This document shows, in pieces, positions 1 to 8,412 of a stretch of DNA of 60,420 nucleotides. The DNA comes from a virus. Lineage: Duplodnaviria > Caudoviricetes. Within the stretch, counting starts at the first letter, position 1, and each line of letters begins with the position of its first letter. The stretch spans positions 1 through 60,420 of the IMG/VR virus record IMGVR_UViG_3300027762_000011, one strand, 5' to 3'. The notes beneath the pieces are model-generated. The model had not been told where the DNA came from. It searched no databases and was given only the letters and a program-made list of their open reading frames with translations. A program made the position numbers and the translations under genes.

Positions 1-152
1 TGTTCAAGTTTTTTCTCCAACTCCATTACTTTTTGGTCCAGTGGAGTCAAAGGAACTTCTTTTTGAGAATCTGCAAGTTTCCAACCAGTAGCACCAGCAG
101 CAAAGATACTTGCAAGAGCAGCGAAAACAGAAACAGTCTTAGAAAAACTCAT
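1..152 (-). CDS. Hypothetical protein with hydrophobic N-terminus, truncated at window edge
   Basis: Hand-translated ATG at 152: MSFSKTVSVFAALASIFAAGATGWKLAD...; overlaps the upstream stop (TAATG). Confidence 0.7.
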   Translation of the reverse strand, partial: MSFSKTVSVFAALASIFAAGATGWKLADSQKEVPLTPLDQKVMELEKKLE

Positions 153-346
153 TAAATGACCTCCCAATCACATTCCCAATGGTCGTTGATGTTTACCCAA
201 AAAAAGTATTTCTGGTTCTCTGATGCAAGAAATAGCATACCATCTCCTTTGTCTTGCTCTACAATACAAATGGGATTATTACCCATCAGATTGCAGAGTC
301 TGTTCTTCGCTTTTTTGCTTTTTGGTTTAACTGTTACTCGTCGCAT
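152..346 (-). CDS. Hypothetical cyanophage protein
   Basis: ORF track; tightly packed in a minus-strand operon. Confidence 0.8.
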   Translation of the reverse strand: MRRVTVKPKSKKAKNRLCNLMGNNPICIVEQDKGDGMLFLASENQKYFFWVNINDHWECDWEVI

Positions 347-738
347 TGGTCTTTCCCATCAGTCAGGACAGTTCCCATAGGACCTTTTTTAAGTCGTGCC
401 CACTCTGCTTCTGCTTCTCGCATATCATCAAACTTCTTCTTCAAGTCTTCACCCAAAGTCAGGTCAAACTCATCGGCAACCTTACGCATATCTTCTTGTC
501 TTCTCTCTTCACCAAATGCAAGGACACAACCACCTTTCATAATGTTGATTTCACTGTGACCCATTGCACGGGCAACAGATGCGAAGAAGCGAAACAGTTG
601 ATAAATGTTAAGGTCTTCAGTGGGAATCTGAAAAGTATAATGCTCTTCGGGGAGCACCGTATCATCAAAACCACTGCTGTAACTAGTTGAAGTCCATTCA
701 CTATCAAACTGAACTTTAAGAGATGCCTTGTAAGTCAT
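334..738 (-). CDS. Hypothetical protein
   Basis: ORF track; start moved to MTYKASLK, which lies downstream of TATAAT at 761-766. Confidence 0.8.
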   Translation of the reverse strand: MTYKASLKVQFDSEWTSTSYSSGFDDTVLPEEHYTFQIPTEDLNIYQLFRFFASVARAMGHSEINIMKGGCVLAFGEERRQEDMRKVADEFDLTLGEDLKKKFDDMREAEAEWARLKKGPMGTVLTDGKDQCDE

Positions 739-760
739 TGGTCTGTTGTTGTACAAGAGT

Positions 761-816
761 ATTATAGGGCATCATAGGAAACTTTGAAGTGTCCTTGTGC
801 CGGTTCTTCAAGTGTC
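761..816 (-). promoter_or_regulatory. Early-type promoter: TATAAT with upstream imperfect palindrome GACACTT-N4-AACCGGCACA
   Basis: -10 at 761-766; a similar motif at near-identical spacing recurs at 8358-8412. Confidence 0.6.
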
Positions 817-817
817 C

Positions 818-976
818 TCACTTATCTCCCAACTTTACACCTATGTCTTTATCAGTTAGGTCATTATATAAAAGTCTAGCAAAAATAAGATGTGGTTTCT
901 CTCTAGTCTCAATTGCGGAACTGGTCGCCACCGTCCACATTATATCAAGTTGTAGTTTATCGGGAAATTCTTTCAT
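818..976 (-). CDS. Small hypothetical protein (52 aa, not in ORF track)
   Basis: MKEFPDKLQLDIMWTVATSSAIETREKPHLIFARLLYNDLT...; TGATG coupling to upstream gene. Confidence 0.7.
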   Translation of the reverse strand: MKEFPDKLQLDIMWTVATSSAIETREKPHLIFARLLYNDLTDKDIGVKLGDK

Positions 977-1557
977 CAGTCCCACCACCAGCAGAGATTT
1001 TCTAGAGTGTTGATGAACTGTTCATGGTAGACAGTGCGACTAGGATTAGGTTTATCGTCCTTCATATCTTGCAGATACTGGATAATACCACGAACTACTG
1101 GAGTGTCTTGGAAGTATTCGTGCATTCGGTAACAATCAAACTTTTCATTATATTGAATAAAGTCATGGAGTGGTGCAGTATTGCGACGATGAGCACGAAT
1201 GAATACATCCTCATCCTTAATACCTTGCTTGTTTAGAATCTGAAGAGGAGTATATTTTTCCCCATCATGTTCTTCATCAAGTTCTTCTGATTTATCAAAT
1301 ACAAAGTGAAGGTCTTTGTAGTACTTTTCCATCAACTCAAGATCTGGTGCCACACGAAGTTCTTCATTTTCTTGCAGATAATACTTAATGCGATTGATAG
1401 CATCAGGGTTTGTCAGACGAAATACAATATTACCAACATAATAATCTACTGGACCACCATAAAGATGGGTGGACTCTTTCTTACGAAAGGATAGATGAAT
1501 TATTTCAAATCCAGGATCTTCGTTCTCTTCCGACACTAAACCTTGCGAAATAGTCAT
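976..1557 (-). CDS. Hypothetical protein
   Basis: 193-aa ORF coupled to neighbours. Confidence 0.8.
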   Translation of the reverse strand: MTISQGLVSEENEDPGFEIIHLSFRKKESTHLYGGPVDYYVGNIVFRLTNPDAINRIKYYLQENEELRVAPDLELMEKYYKDLHFVFDKSEELDEEHDGEKYTPLQILNKQGIKDEDVFIRAHRRNTAPLHDFIQYNEKFDCYRMHEYFQDTPVVRGIIQYLQDMKDDKPNPSRTVYHEQFINTLENLCWWWD

Positions 1558-1832
1558 TCCTTCACCTCTTTTACATAAAATAATTCATCACGCCAGTTGC
1601 GACCAGCAATATCAAAAGTAAATCCTATCTTACCAAGAGAAAATAGGAAAGAAAATAACCTTCCATATCCCATAGAAATTTGCAGATAGGGCCAGTCAAA
1701 CCAAGAACCATAATCCCCAATATCAACTGCGACTTGAAGAAGTGCTTGCCTTTCGTTAAAGAAAAGCGTCAGGCAATATTCTTTACCATAATCTTCTCTC
1801 ACATACCATTTTGCAATTTGAAAGATTTTCAT
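1554..1832 (-). CDS. Hypothetical protein
   Basis: ATGA overlaps on both sides. Confidence 0.75.
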   Translation of the reverse strand: MKIFQIAKWYVREDYGKEYCLTLFFNERQALLQVAVDIGDYGSWFDWPYLQISMGYGRLFSFLFSLGKIGFTFDIAGRNWRDELFYVKEVKE

Positions 1833-2056
1833 TCTTCTAGTTCCTGTGCTAGTTGTAGCATATCACTTTTGTCCAAAACAATCAAGTTATTTTGAGCATT
1901 ATAAAATTGAATATTTTCTGCAGTGATTTTCAAAATTGCAGAAACTAGTTTCTCTTCAGTATCAGCACCAGAGTTTCGTGCTTCCCAAATAGCATTCATA
2001 AATGCTTGCGATCTTTCAGTCAATTGTTTTCTCCTCTGGAAAATCAAACCATTCAT
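1829..2056 (-). CDS. Hypothetical protein (start uncertain)
   Basis: ORF track; operon context. Confidence 0.65.
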   Translation of the reverse strand: MNGLIFQRRKQLTERSQAFMNAIWEARNSGADTEEKLVSAILKITAENIQFYNAQNNLIVLDKSDMLQLAQELEE

Positions 2057-2201
2057 ATAGAGAGTTCATTGCATTCTCAACAATACAATCAACCACAGCA
2101 TCTGGATGTGGGTTCTCTACGTGTTTATGTGCTCTATTATAACCGAAACGAACACCTTCTTCAAGTGCCATTTCTAATACTTTACGAAAGTTGGGTTTCA
2201 T
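2016..2201 (-). CDS. Hypothetical cyanophage protein
   Basis: ORF track; operon context. Confidence 0.75.
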   Translation of the reverse strand: MKPNFRKVLEMALEEGVRFGYNRAHKHVENPHPDAVVDCIVENAMNSLYEWFDFPEEKTID

Positions 2202-2207
2202 GATTAA

Positions 2208-2684
2208 TTACGAATAAGTGTATAATTTCCATTCTTGGATATTTGAACTGTGCAGAGTAAACTGCATTTTGTTTAATGGAGGTCTGGGTTTTTTTCTCAA
2301 TTTCATTCCAGTTTGTTCTAGTGGTGTATTTCCCTTTTTCGTATTACAAGGACCACAAGCAACTACAAGATTTTCCCAAGTATCTTCACCACCACGACAT
2401 TTTGGAATGATATGATCTATAGTTAGATTTCTGGTAGATCCGCAATACTGACAAGAATTACTATCACGCTTATAGATCATCGTTTTGGATGGTCTATGTG
2501 ACATAATTTTTGAAAGTGGAACTTTTACATAATCTAATAATCTTATTACTTGAGTTGAAAGAATTTGTGCTTTTTCTTTAAGAAGTAAAACTATTGCTCT
2601 CTTCCAACTTGTAATGTTAAGTGGTTCGTAACTGGAATTTAAAACTAAAACAGATCTTCCAGGTTGAATTTTTAAGTAGTCCAT
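2208..2684 (-). CDS. HNH endonuclease (McrA/HNH_5-like)
   Basis: CQYCG...LTIDHIIPKCRGGEDTWENLVVACGPCNTKKGN; N-terminal VLVLNSSYEPL typical of bacterial HNH proteins. Confidence 0.92.
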   Translation of the reverse strand: MDYLKIQPGRSVLVLNSSYEPLNITSWKRAIVLLLKEKAQILSTQVIRLLDYVKVPLSKIMSHRPSKTMIYKRDSNSCQYCGSTRNLTIDHIIPKCRGGEDTWENLVVACGPCNTKKGNTPLEQTGMKLRKKPRPPLNKMQFTLHSSNIQEWKLYTYS

Positions 2685-2688
2685 CAGA

Positions 2689-3069
2689 TTAGTCAGGCTC
2701 TACACCTTTATCTATAAAATTTTCAAGAGAATCTAAATCATCTTTGAATTCTTGCTCTTTCTTCTGATCATGATAATAAGACCACAGAGCATTATGAACA
2801 TCCATTAAATGATCTACCCAAAATCCACCAGGATAAATTCCAAGTTCAGATTGAAGACCGCGATGACTGCAACCCTCACTTTCTGCCTTACACATAATAT
2901 GAGTAATTGCTTCTACCATATCAATCTTATCTTCTTCGGAGAGCATAAAATACTTTCCGATCGCCCGTTCTTTTGCTTCCTTGTTTGCCTTCTGAAGTTC
3001 CTTACAGGCATCAGAATCCCACCACTCTTGAAGTGCTTTGCCAAATTCATTGGGTTGCTGTTCAGTCAT
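2689..3069 (-). CDS. Hypothetical protein
   Basis: 126-aa ORF, GAGAGG SD, upstream sigma70-like TTGCGT...TGCTAGGAT. Confidence 0.8.
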   Translation of the reverse strand: MTEQQPNEFGKALQEWWDSDACKELQKANKEAKERAIGKYFMLSEEDKIDMVEAITHIMCKAESEGCSHRGLQSELGIYPGGFWVDHLMDVHNALWSYYHDQKKEQEFKDDLDSLENFIDKGVEPD

Positions 3070-3161
3070 TACCCTCTCGTTTACCTACGACGTATCCTAG
3101 CACAAGACCACACATGAACGCAACAAATAAGTAAAGTTCATGAGAAGCAAATTGTATGAGA

Positions 3162-3482
3162 TCAGTCACGCTGTCTCCAATCTTCTGGTTTATCTTCCGT
3201 GAAGAAATCTACAATTTCATCAACACTATTAAATCTAGAAATTCCTTTACCTTCGTGTCCTAAACCACCCAAGTCTAATCGATTCATGAAATCATCTAAA
3301 TCACCTTCAACCATATCCGGATTTTCTGCTTTTCTTCTTGCCTGACGGAGCATTGTGCCTGCACTACGATTTGCTTTTGCAAGTTTCTCTGCCCAAATCA
3401 TATCTTCCAAACTAACTTCTTCATGAAGAGCAATTTTTTCACAGATTGCTTCAAGACGTAGGCGATATTGTGTGGAGAGCAT
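3162..3482 (-). CDS. Conserved cyanophage hypothetical protein
   Basis: MLSTQYRLRLEAIC...DWRQRD; CTAAATA late-promoter-like site at 3503-3509. Confidence 0.8.
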   Translation of the reverse strand: MLSTQYRLRLEAICEKIALHEEVSLEDMIWAEKLAKANRSAGTMLRQARRKAENPDMVEGDLDDFMNRLDLGGLGHEGKGISRFNSVDEIVDFFTEDKPEDWRQRD

Positions 3483-3505
3483 AATTTATTGGTTTATTTT
3501 TATAT

Positions 3506-4633
3506 TTAGTTGAACCAAGTGATAATAGAATATCTTGTTCCTTTGCTTACTGGCATAATTTCATGAGGATACAGATAGTTTGATGGAAAAGTAATTATAG
3601 ATCCTTTTTTTAATTTATAAATTAATTCTCTATCAAAAAATGCAAATTCTCCTCCTTCATAATCGTCATTTAAAATCAAAGAACAGGAGATTGTTCTTGG
3701 ATGTTCAGTAAATGAATCAGTATGTTGCGAATAAAATCCACCACTAGTATACTTTAAAAGATCATATCCACTATCTTGAGAAATAGTTATAGTATTAAAC
3801 TTATTTTTTAAATCAGTAATTATATTTGAAACTACATCAAAAATTTTTTTATCTATTTCTTTACGAACACTAGGATTTTTTAAAATTGTGTTTTCGGAGG
3901 ATATATTAATAATCTCACAATTTCTAATAGATTTATTAATAGTACCATAACCTATTTGGGAAGATTTCCACCCATCATCAGTAGAATAATGTCTTGTAAT
4001 TAAATTACAAAGTTCTTCAGGTACAATACTTTCATAAATCGTAATAAAAGATTCTAATTTTGAAGAAGGTTTAATTGCATAATCTGAAGAGGAAATGTTT
4101 TTCGTTTTATCAAAATAAGTATATGATTTTTCTCCATTACTTCTTACATAATGCAAAAATACCTGAGAATAAAAATTTCCATTAAATTCATCTCTCCAAT
4201 GAGGTGCGATACACCCCAAATATAAAAGTGCATCTCCTTTATTTAAATTAACGGGAATTTTTTCTCCAGATGGATTTTCCACATAAAATTCCCATTCCTT
4301 ATCACCATCTAAATGCAATGTTAAAGAAATTTCACATGCAGATCTATCAATATGTTTTTTTAAAACATCACCTTTTTTATATATTCTAGAGTAACAATAA
4401 GTTGGTAAAACAGTTTCACCAATACTCTCAGATACTATTGGTGTTTTTTCACACAGAAGTTCTAAAAAAGGAAGGTAATTATATTTTGATGGAGTATTTG
4501 GGACATTAGGATCATTAACAGTATAATTTTCTTGGCAGTATTTTTTAAATTGATCCGATAAATTTTTTGCTCTATCCGAATCAATAAAATTTCTTATAAC
4601 TAAAAAATTATTATCAAGAATATTTTTAATCAT
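3506..4633 (-). CDS. Two-domain 2OG-Fe(II) oxygenase (prolyl-4-hydroxylase-like)
   Basis: Two HxD...H sets: LKKHIDR...PHWR and QHTD...LNDDYEGGEF...HEIMPVSKGTRYSIITW. Confidence 0.88.
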   Translation of the reverse strand: MIKNILDNNFLVIRNFIDSDRAKNLSDQFKKYCQENYTVNDPNVPNTPSKYNYLPFLELLCEKTPIVSESIGETVLPTYCYSRIYKKGDVLKKHIDRSACEISLTLHLDGDKEWEFYVENPSGEKIPVNLNKGDALLYLGCIAPHWRDEFNGNFYSQVFLHYVRSNGEKSYTYFDKTKNISSSDYAIKPSSKLESFITIYESIVPEELCNLITRHYSTDDGWKSSQIGYGTINKSIRNCEIINISSENTILKNPSVRKEIDKKIFDVVSNIITDLKNKFNTITISQDSGYDLLKYTSGGFYSQHTDSFTEHPRTISCSLILNDDYEGGEFAFFDRELIYKLKKGSIITFPSNYLYPHEIMPVSKGTRYSIITWFN

Positions 4634-4636
4634 GGG

Positions 4637-5239
4637 TTAAAATGAACAGTTAATGTTAAAAGATATAGTCACTCTATTTTTTAGAGATGGGCGAACAGAA
4701 TGGATTAAATTAGTTGGAAAAATTATTACACTACCCTCACTAATATCTTCAAGATAAAAAGTTTTTTCAAAAAACTTATTTCCAGAAGTAAAAAAAGTAG
4801 TGGTATTTTTTTCGTTAAGATCTAAAATGTATACTCCTGCAAAACCCTCATGAGCACCATGAGTGTGCATGTCATGATAACCACCAGGAGAATATACATT
4901 ATACCATATTTTTCCTATGTTTGATTTTTTCGGATATTGAACAATATTTAAATTTTTATTTTCCAGTAAATTATCAATTACATTCCAAATAATTAAGTTC
5001 AAATAATTGTATTCTTCTAATAAATTGAATAAAAAATTGTCGTTATTATCGTTTAAAAAATAATTTGTTTTACACATATAATTATTATAATATTCAAGAT
5101 CATCTCTATTTTTATATAATTGATTTAAAGTATTAGAGTGATCAATAATTTTTTGAAAAATATTTTTTTTTATTTCTTCGTGTTGTTCAATACTTTCCCA
5201 ATAAACAAATTGAGATGGGAAATTATATAAATTTTTCAT
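4637..5239 (-). CDS. 2OG-Fe(II) oxygenase (TIGR02466-like)
   Basis: WYNVY...HDMHTH...GVYI...EGSVIIFPTNLIHSV...RVTISFN. Confidence 0.85.
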   Translation of the reverse strand: MKNLYNFPSQFVYWESIEQHEEIKKNIFQKIIDHSNTLNQLYKNRDDLEYYNNYMCKTNYFLNDNNDNFLFNLLEEYNYLNLIIWNVIDNLLENKNLNIVQYPKKSNIGKIWYNVYSPGGYHDMHTHGAHEGFAGVYILDLNEKNTTTFFTSGNKFFEKTFYLEDISEGSVIIFPTNLIHSVRPSLKNRVTISFNINCSF

Positions 5240-5889
5240 TAAATATTATCTCCATTATCTGTAAAGAAAAAAACTTGATTCATTCTATAGGTATCAGAAA
5301 AATAATCATCATTACATATATTCATACCATGAAAAAATTTATATCCATCAAATAAAACCATTCTATTGTATTTTGGTTTTATTGATTCAATTATTCTATA
5401 ATTATTTTTATTTCTCCAAGGTTGATAGTGTTCTGGTATGTCATCAGGAGGTTCTATATCAGGATTTAAATTTTCATATAGATTAGTACCAGATTCACAA
5501 TCATCTTTATTCAAATAAAGTATCGCATTATATCCATGATCTCTGTGAGGCCACCAATAATTGTCATGATAATTATTAAAGTTTACTTTTTTAAATCTAG
5601 TAAAATTTGTAGTTACAGTATCTACACTATAATAACTGGATTGATTACAAATTTTGCCCAAAAAATTAGATACTTTTACAACTTGGTTTGATAAAAATGA
5701 GTGCCTCCTATCATCAAAAAAAATTTGATTATGAGAAGGTTTTACATTAGGACGCCAAACCAAAGGATCTATAGATAAAAAAAGTTCTAATACTTTATCT
5801 GGGTTTTGATAAAAGTTATCAATTTGATAAAAATTAGACCCATCTATAACTTTAGTTTCTACATTACAATTTTCATTAATTTCAAACAT
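5239..5889 (-). CDS. 2OG-Fe(II) oxygenase-like protein (DUF6445-like)
   Basis: IDNFYQNPD...PHRD...AILYLN...GTNLY...KYNRMVLFDG..FHG...RMNQVFF. Confidence 0.75.
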   Translation of the reverse strand: MFEINENCNVETKVIDGSNFYQIDNFYQNPDKVLELFLSIDPLVWRPNVKPSHNQIFFDDRRHSFLSNQVVKVSNFLGKICNQSSYYSVDTVTTNFTRFKKVNFNNYHDNYWWPHRDHGYNAILYLNKDDCESGTNLYENLNPDIEPPDDIPEHYQPWRNKNNYRIIESIKPKYNRMVLFDGYKFFHGMNICNDDYFSDTYRMNQVFFFTDNGDNI

Positions 5890-6127
5890 ACTTATCGTTT
5901 TCTTTAAATTCTTTCTCCAGTTCTTTTGCCAGTTTATATGCTCTTCTCCAAATAAAATACTTCACAATCGGATTTGCTGGATTGTGAAGTATCCACCACT
6001 TTGTTTTTTCATATTCTACTCTTGCCAATTGAGTGAGTATATAAAATGCCCTTGCTACAGATTGATCTGTGACAATCAAATAAGCAATACAAAAAAAGAT
6101 AACAAAGTATATGTAAATAGAACTCAT
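5882..6127 (-). CDS. Hypothetical membrane protein
   Basis: N-terminal hydrophobic helix. Confidence 0.75.
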   Translation of the reverse strand: MSSIYIYFVIFFCIAYLIVTDQSVARAFYILTQLARVEYEKTKWWILHNPANPIVKYFIWRRAYKLAKELEKEFKENDKYV

Positions 6128-6300
6128 TGTCTTAAAGTTTTCAGATATTCTAACACATTTTCACGCACCGCCATGAGCTCATTGTAACATCTTTGATTAT
6201 GAGCACACTGTCGAAGTTCAGAATCTGGTTTAAGAACACTTTCTTCAAACAAAGTCAAACCACGATTCCATTTATCAATGTGAGATTCATTTTCTATCAT
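6124..6300 (-). CDS. Small hypothetical protein (58 aa, not in ORF track)
   Basis: MIENESHIDKWNRGLTLFEESVLKPDSELRQCAHNQRCYNELMAVRENVLEYLKTLRQ; ATGA overlap. Confidence 0.75.
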   Translation of the reverse strand: MIENESHIDKWNRGLTLFEESVLKPDSELRQCAHNQRCYNELMAVRENVLEYLKTLRQ

Positions 6301-6460
6301 TTGATTTGATAATTAAAGGACAGGATGGAACTACTTTTTTAAGTTCTGAAAGAATTTCTGTTTTTTGTTGTGATGATAGTAATCTAATATTTACTAATCT
6401 ATTAGCAATCATCACAATATCCGAACAAGATAAAATAGTTGTGAGAAACAAAGGAACCAT
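6287..6460 (-). CDS. Small hypothetical protein (57 aa, not in ORF track)
   Basis: MVPLFLTTILSCSDIVMIANRL...VPSCPLIIKSNDRK; GAGG SD and ATAAATA at 6482-6488. Confidence 0.7.
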   Translation of the reverse strand: MVPLFLTTILSCSDIVMIANRLVNIRLLSSQQKTEILSELKKVVPSCPLIIKSNDRK

Positions 6461-6484
6461 AAGTTTCCCTCTTATTTGGATTAT

Positions 6485-6703
6485 TTATTGGGCAAATCCA
6501 CCACTCTTTACCTTTTCTTTAATTTTCTTTTTATCTTTTACGATTATAAGATCTAAAAAATCGGGAACACGACTGTGCTCAAACCAATACCTATGGGCAT
6601 CCTCCCAGTGATCAAAAAATCGGTTTTTACCACTTTTCAGAACAACTTCATAGGTGTGCCTATCATAAAGAGTATCAGATGTGCAAGTGAATGTTTGAGT
6701 CAT
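6485..6703 (-). CDS. Hypothetical protein
   Basis: ORF track; ATGA coupling. Confidence 0.75.
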   Translation of the reverse strand: MTQTFTCTSDTLYDRHTYEVVLKSGKNRFFDHWEDAHRYWFEHSRVPDFLDLIIVKDKKKIKEKVKSGGFAQ

Positions 6704-6933
6704 AGGAATTGATCCAGAGGTCCTTTAGTTTTTTTCTTGAGTGCCTTAACTTCCTTTTCAATGTAGGATACTGCACTCTTGTAGTTGTTTGAAACATGAA
6801 CTTGCTGTCCCTTATGAATAATAATGAATTTCTTACCACAAGGGACTGCTGCCCACTCCATATCTTTAGTTACATAACCATTTGGACTTCCTGGAGTGGG
6901 ATCTAGGATGCTTTCATTTTGAACGTTGGTCAT
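6700..6933 (-). CDS. Hypothetical protein
   Basis: ORF track; TGATG coupling. Confidence 0.75.
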   Translation of the reverse strand: MTNVQNESILDPTPGSPNGYVTKDMEWAAVPCGKKFIIIHKGQQVHVSNNYKSAVSYIEKEVKALKKKTKGPLDQFL

Positions 6934-7073
6934 CAGAATTTAGCATTCACGCCAATTACTTTTGCCTTGGGATTACGAGCAAGAGCAGTTTCTCTTGCAT
7001 CATTAAAATTTGCTGCTTGTACTTCTTCGTTAAACACTTTACCAGCAACGTAGAGTTGAACAACGTACTTCAT
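6933..7073 (-). CDS. Small conserved cyanophage protein (46 aa, not in ORF track)
   Basis: MKYVVQLYVAGKVFNEEVQAANFNDARETALARNPKAKVIGVNAKF; AGGAG SD. Confidence 0.8.
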   Translation of the reverse strand: MKYVVQLYVAGKVFNEEVQAANFNDARETALARNPKAKVIGVNAKF

Positions 7074-7108
7074 TTGAAAATCTCCTGTGTGAATTGAATG
7101 GAAAGAAA

Positions 7109-8335
7109 TCAACGACGAATGGTGCTGAAGGCAACATCACCTTTTACGAAGATGGTGTCAACCACGTTCTGCACAGCATTTGCGGTGTTCGTGGATGCCT
7201 TGTCAAAGGTGGGGCAGATCACCAGACCATAGGATTTAGTATATGCCTCCAGATTGCCCGCCTGGAGCGCCCCAGAGCGGATCCCAGCAGTATCCTGGGG
7301 GTGTAGGCGCAGAGTACGCCCAACCGTTTGTCCGATGCCCACAACATCCATAGAGCGCATGAATACAACTGCCTCCAGGGCAGAGATGTTGATGCCTTCC
7401 GCAAGAATGCTGTGGTGCAGAACCACAAACTTCTTATCGGCATCCTTGCCCCACTGGTTGAGAGTGTCAAAGAACACCTCACGGTTCACGATCTTACCAT
7501 CAATAAAGGCACCGTGCTTAGAGGTAATGTGCATCACAGAGTAACCCTGTTCTGCCAGTTGATCTGCAAAATCAGTTTCAGAAAGCAAACCCACGATGTG
7601 CTTGGTTGCCTTGGCACAGATCAGGATCTTATTCACAGGATGATCTGCAATCGTTTGTAGAAGATACTCACAATCACGTTGAGCAATATCCTCACCCTTG
7701 ATGGAGAGGCGCATCTCCTTCATCATAACCTTGGGAGGAATGATGTAACCACCCTGCACAAGATCGGGAGCAGGAACCTTGGCGATGATCTGTCCATAAA
7801 CGTCAACATCGTTCATGCCAGGTTTGCCAACCACAGAAGAATACTTGGGAGTTGCAGTAAAGAAGTAGCAACGCTTTGCTTCGGAAGCAAAGTATTCTGT
7901 GGCAGGAAAGAAATTACGCTTGACTGAATTGTGTGCTTCGTCAAAGTAAATCGTGTCCACGGCAATACCTGCACGTTGCAGTTGCTGCAGAGAGTTGTAA
8001 GTAGTAAAGATCAGTTTGTGACCTTCCACTTGCTCACACCAGGCACGGATAACGTTAGGGCGAGTGCTGCTGAAGTGGTGAGTTTCACCCGTGTGAACGT
8101 GCATCACATGAGCATTGGTGATGAACTCAAGGTACTCCGAAGACAGTTGCTCTGCCAAGAGGATGCGGGGTGCCACCACTACGATAGTTTGAGGAGTCTC
8201 TTTGAGAAACTCCTGAATGGCATCAAAAATACCAACGTTGGTTTTACCACCGCCAGTAGGGAAAACACAGATGCCCTTGGCAACCTGCCGAAGAGCATCA
8301 AGGGCAATTTGTTGATGGGGGCGAAGTTGGAACAA
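7109..8335 (-). CDS. SF2 DEAH helicase/ATPase (type III restriction Res-like), no evident nuclease domain
   Basis: LRPHQ Q-motif, PTGGGKT, FDEAH, FTATP, LAEGIN, QTVGRTLR. Confidence 0.9.
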   Translation of the reverse strand: MFQLRPHQQIALDALRQVAKGICVFPTGGGKTNVGIFDAIQEFLKETPQTIVVVAPRILLAEQLSSEYLEFITNAHVMHVHTGETHHFSSTRPNVIRAWCEQVEGHKLIFTTYNSLQQLQRAGIAVDTIYFDEAHNSVKRNFFPATEYFASEAKRCYFFTATPKYSSVVGKPGMNDVDVYGQIIAKVPAPDLVQGGYIIPPKVMMKEMRLSIKGEDIAQRDCEYLLQTIADHPVNKILICAKATKHIVGLLSETDFADQLAEQGYSVMHITSKHGAFIDGKIVNREVFFDTLNQWGKDADKKFVVLHHSILAEGINISALEAVVFMRSMDVVGIGQTVGRTLRLHPQDTAGIRSGALQAGNLEAYTKSYGLVICPTFDKASTNTANAVQNVVDTIFVKGDVAFSTIRR

Positions 8336-8357
8336 GATCTCCGTTGCGTATGGGACT

Positions 8358-8412
8358 ATTATAGCAGAAAGGGGTCCCAGTAAGGACCCCCTGTGCCAGT
8401 TATGAAATTGGA
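8358..8412 (-). promoter_or_regulatory. Early-type promoter (extended TGcTATAAT) with upstream AACTGGCACA motif; a GC hairpin lies between them
   Basis: -10 at 8358-8363; hairpin GGGGTCC-TTACTG-GGACCCC followed by TTT; motif at 8392-8412. Confidence 0.65.

Noticed and set aside
3506-5889. Oxygenases as prolyl hydroxylases of the collagen-like fibres
   Set aside because: The repeats contain almost no Pro or Lys, so there is little substrate.
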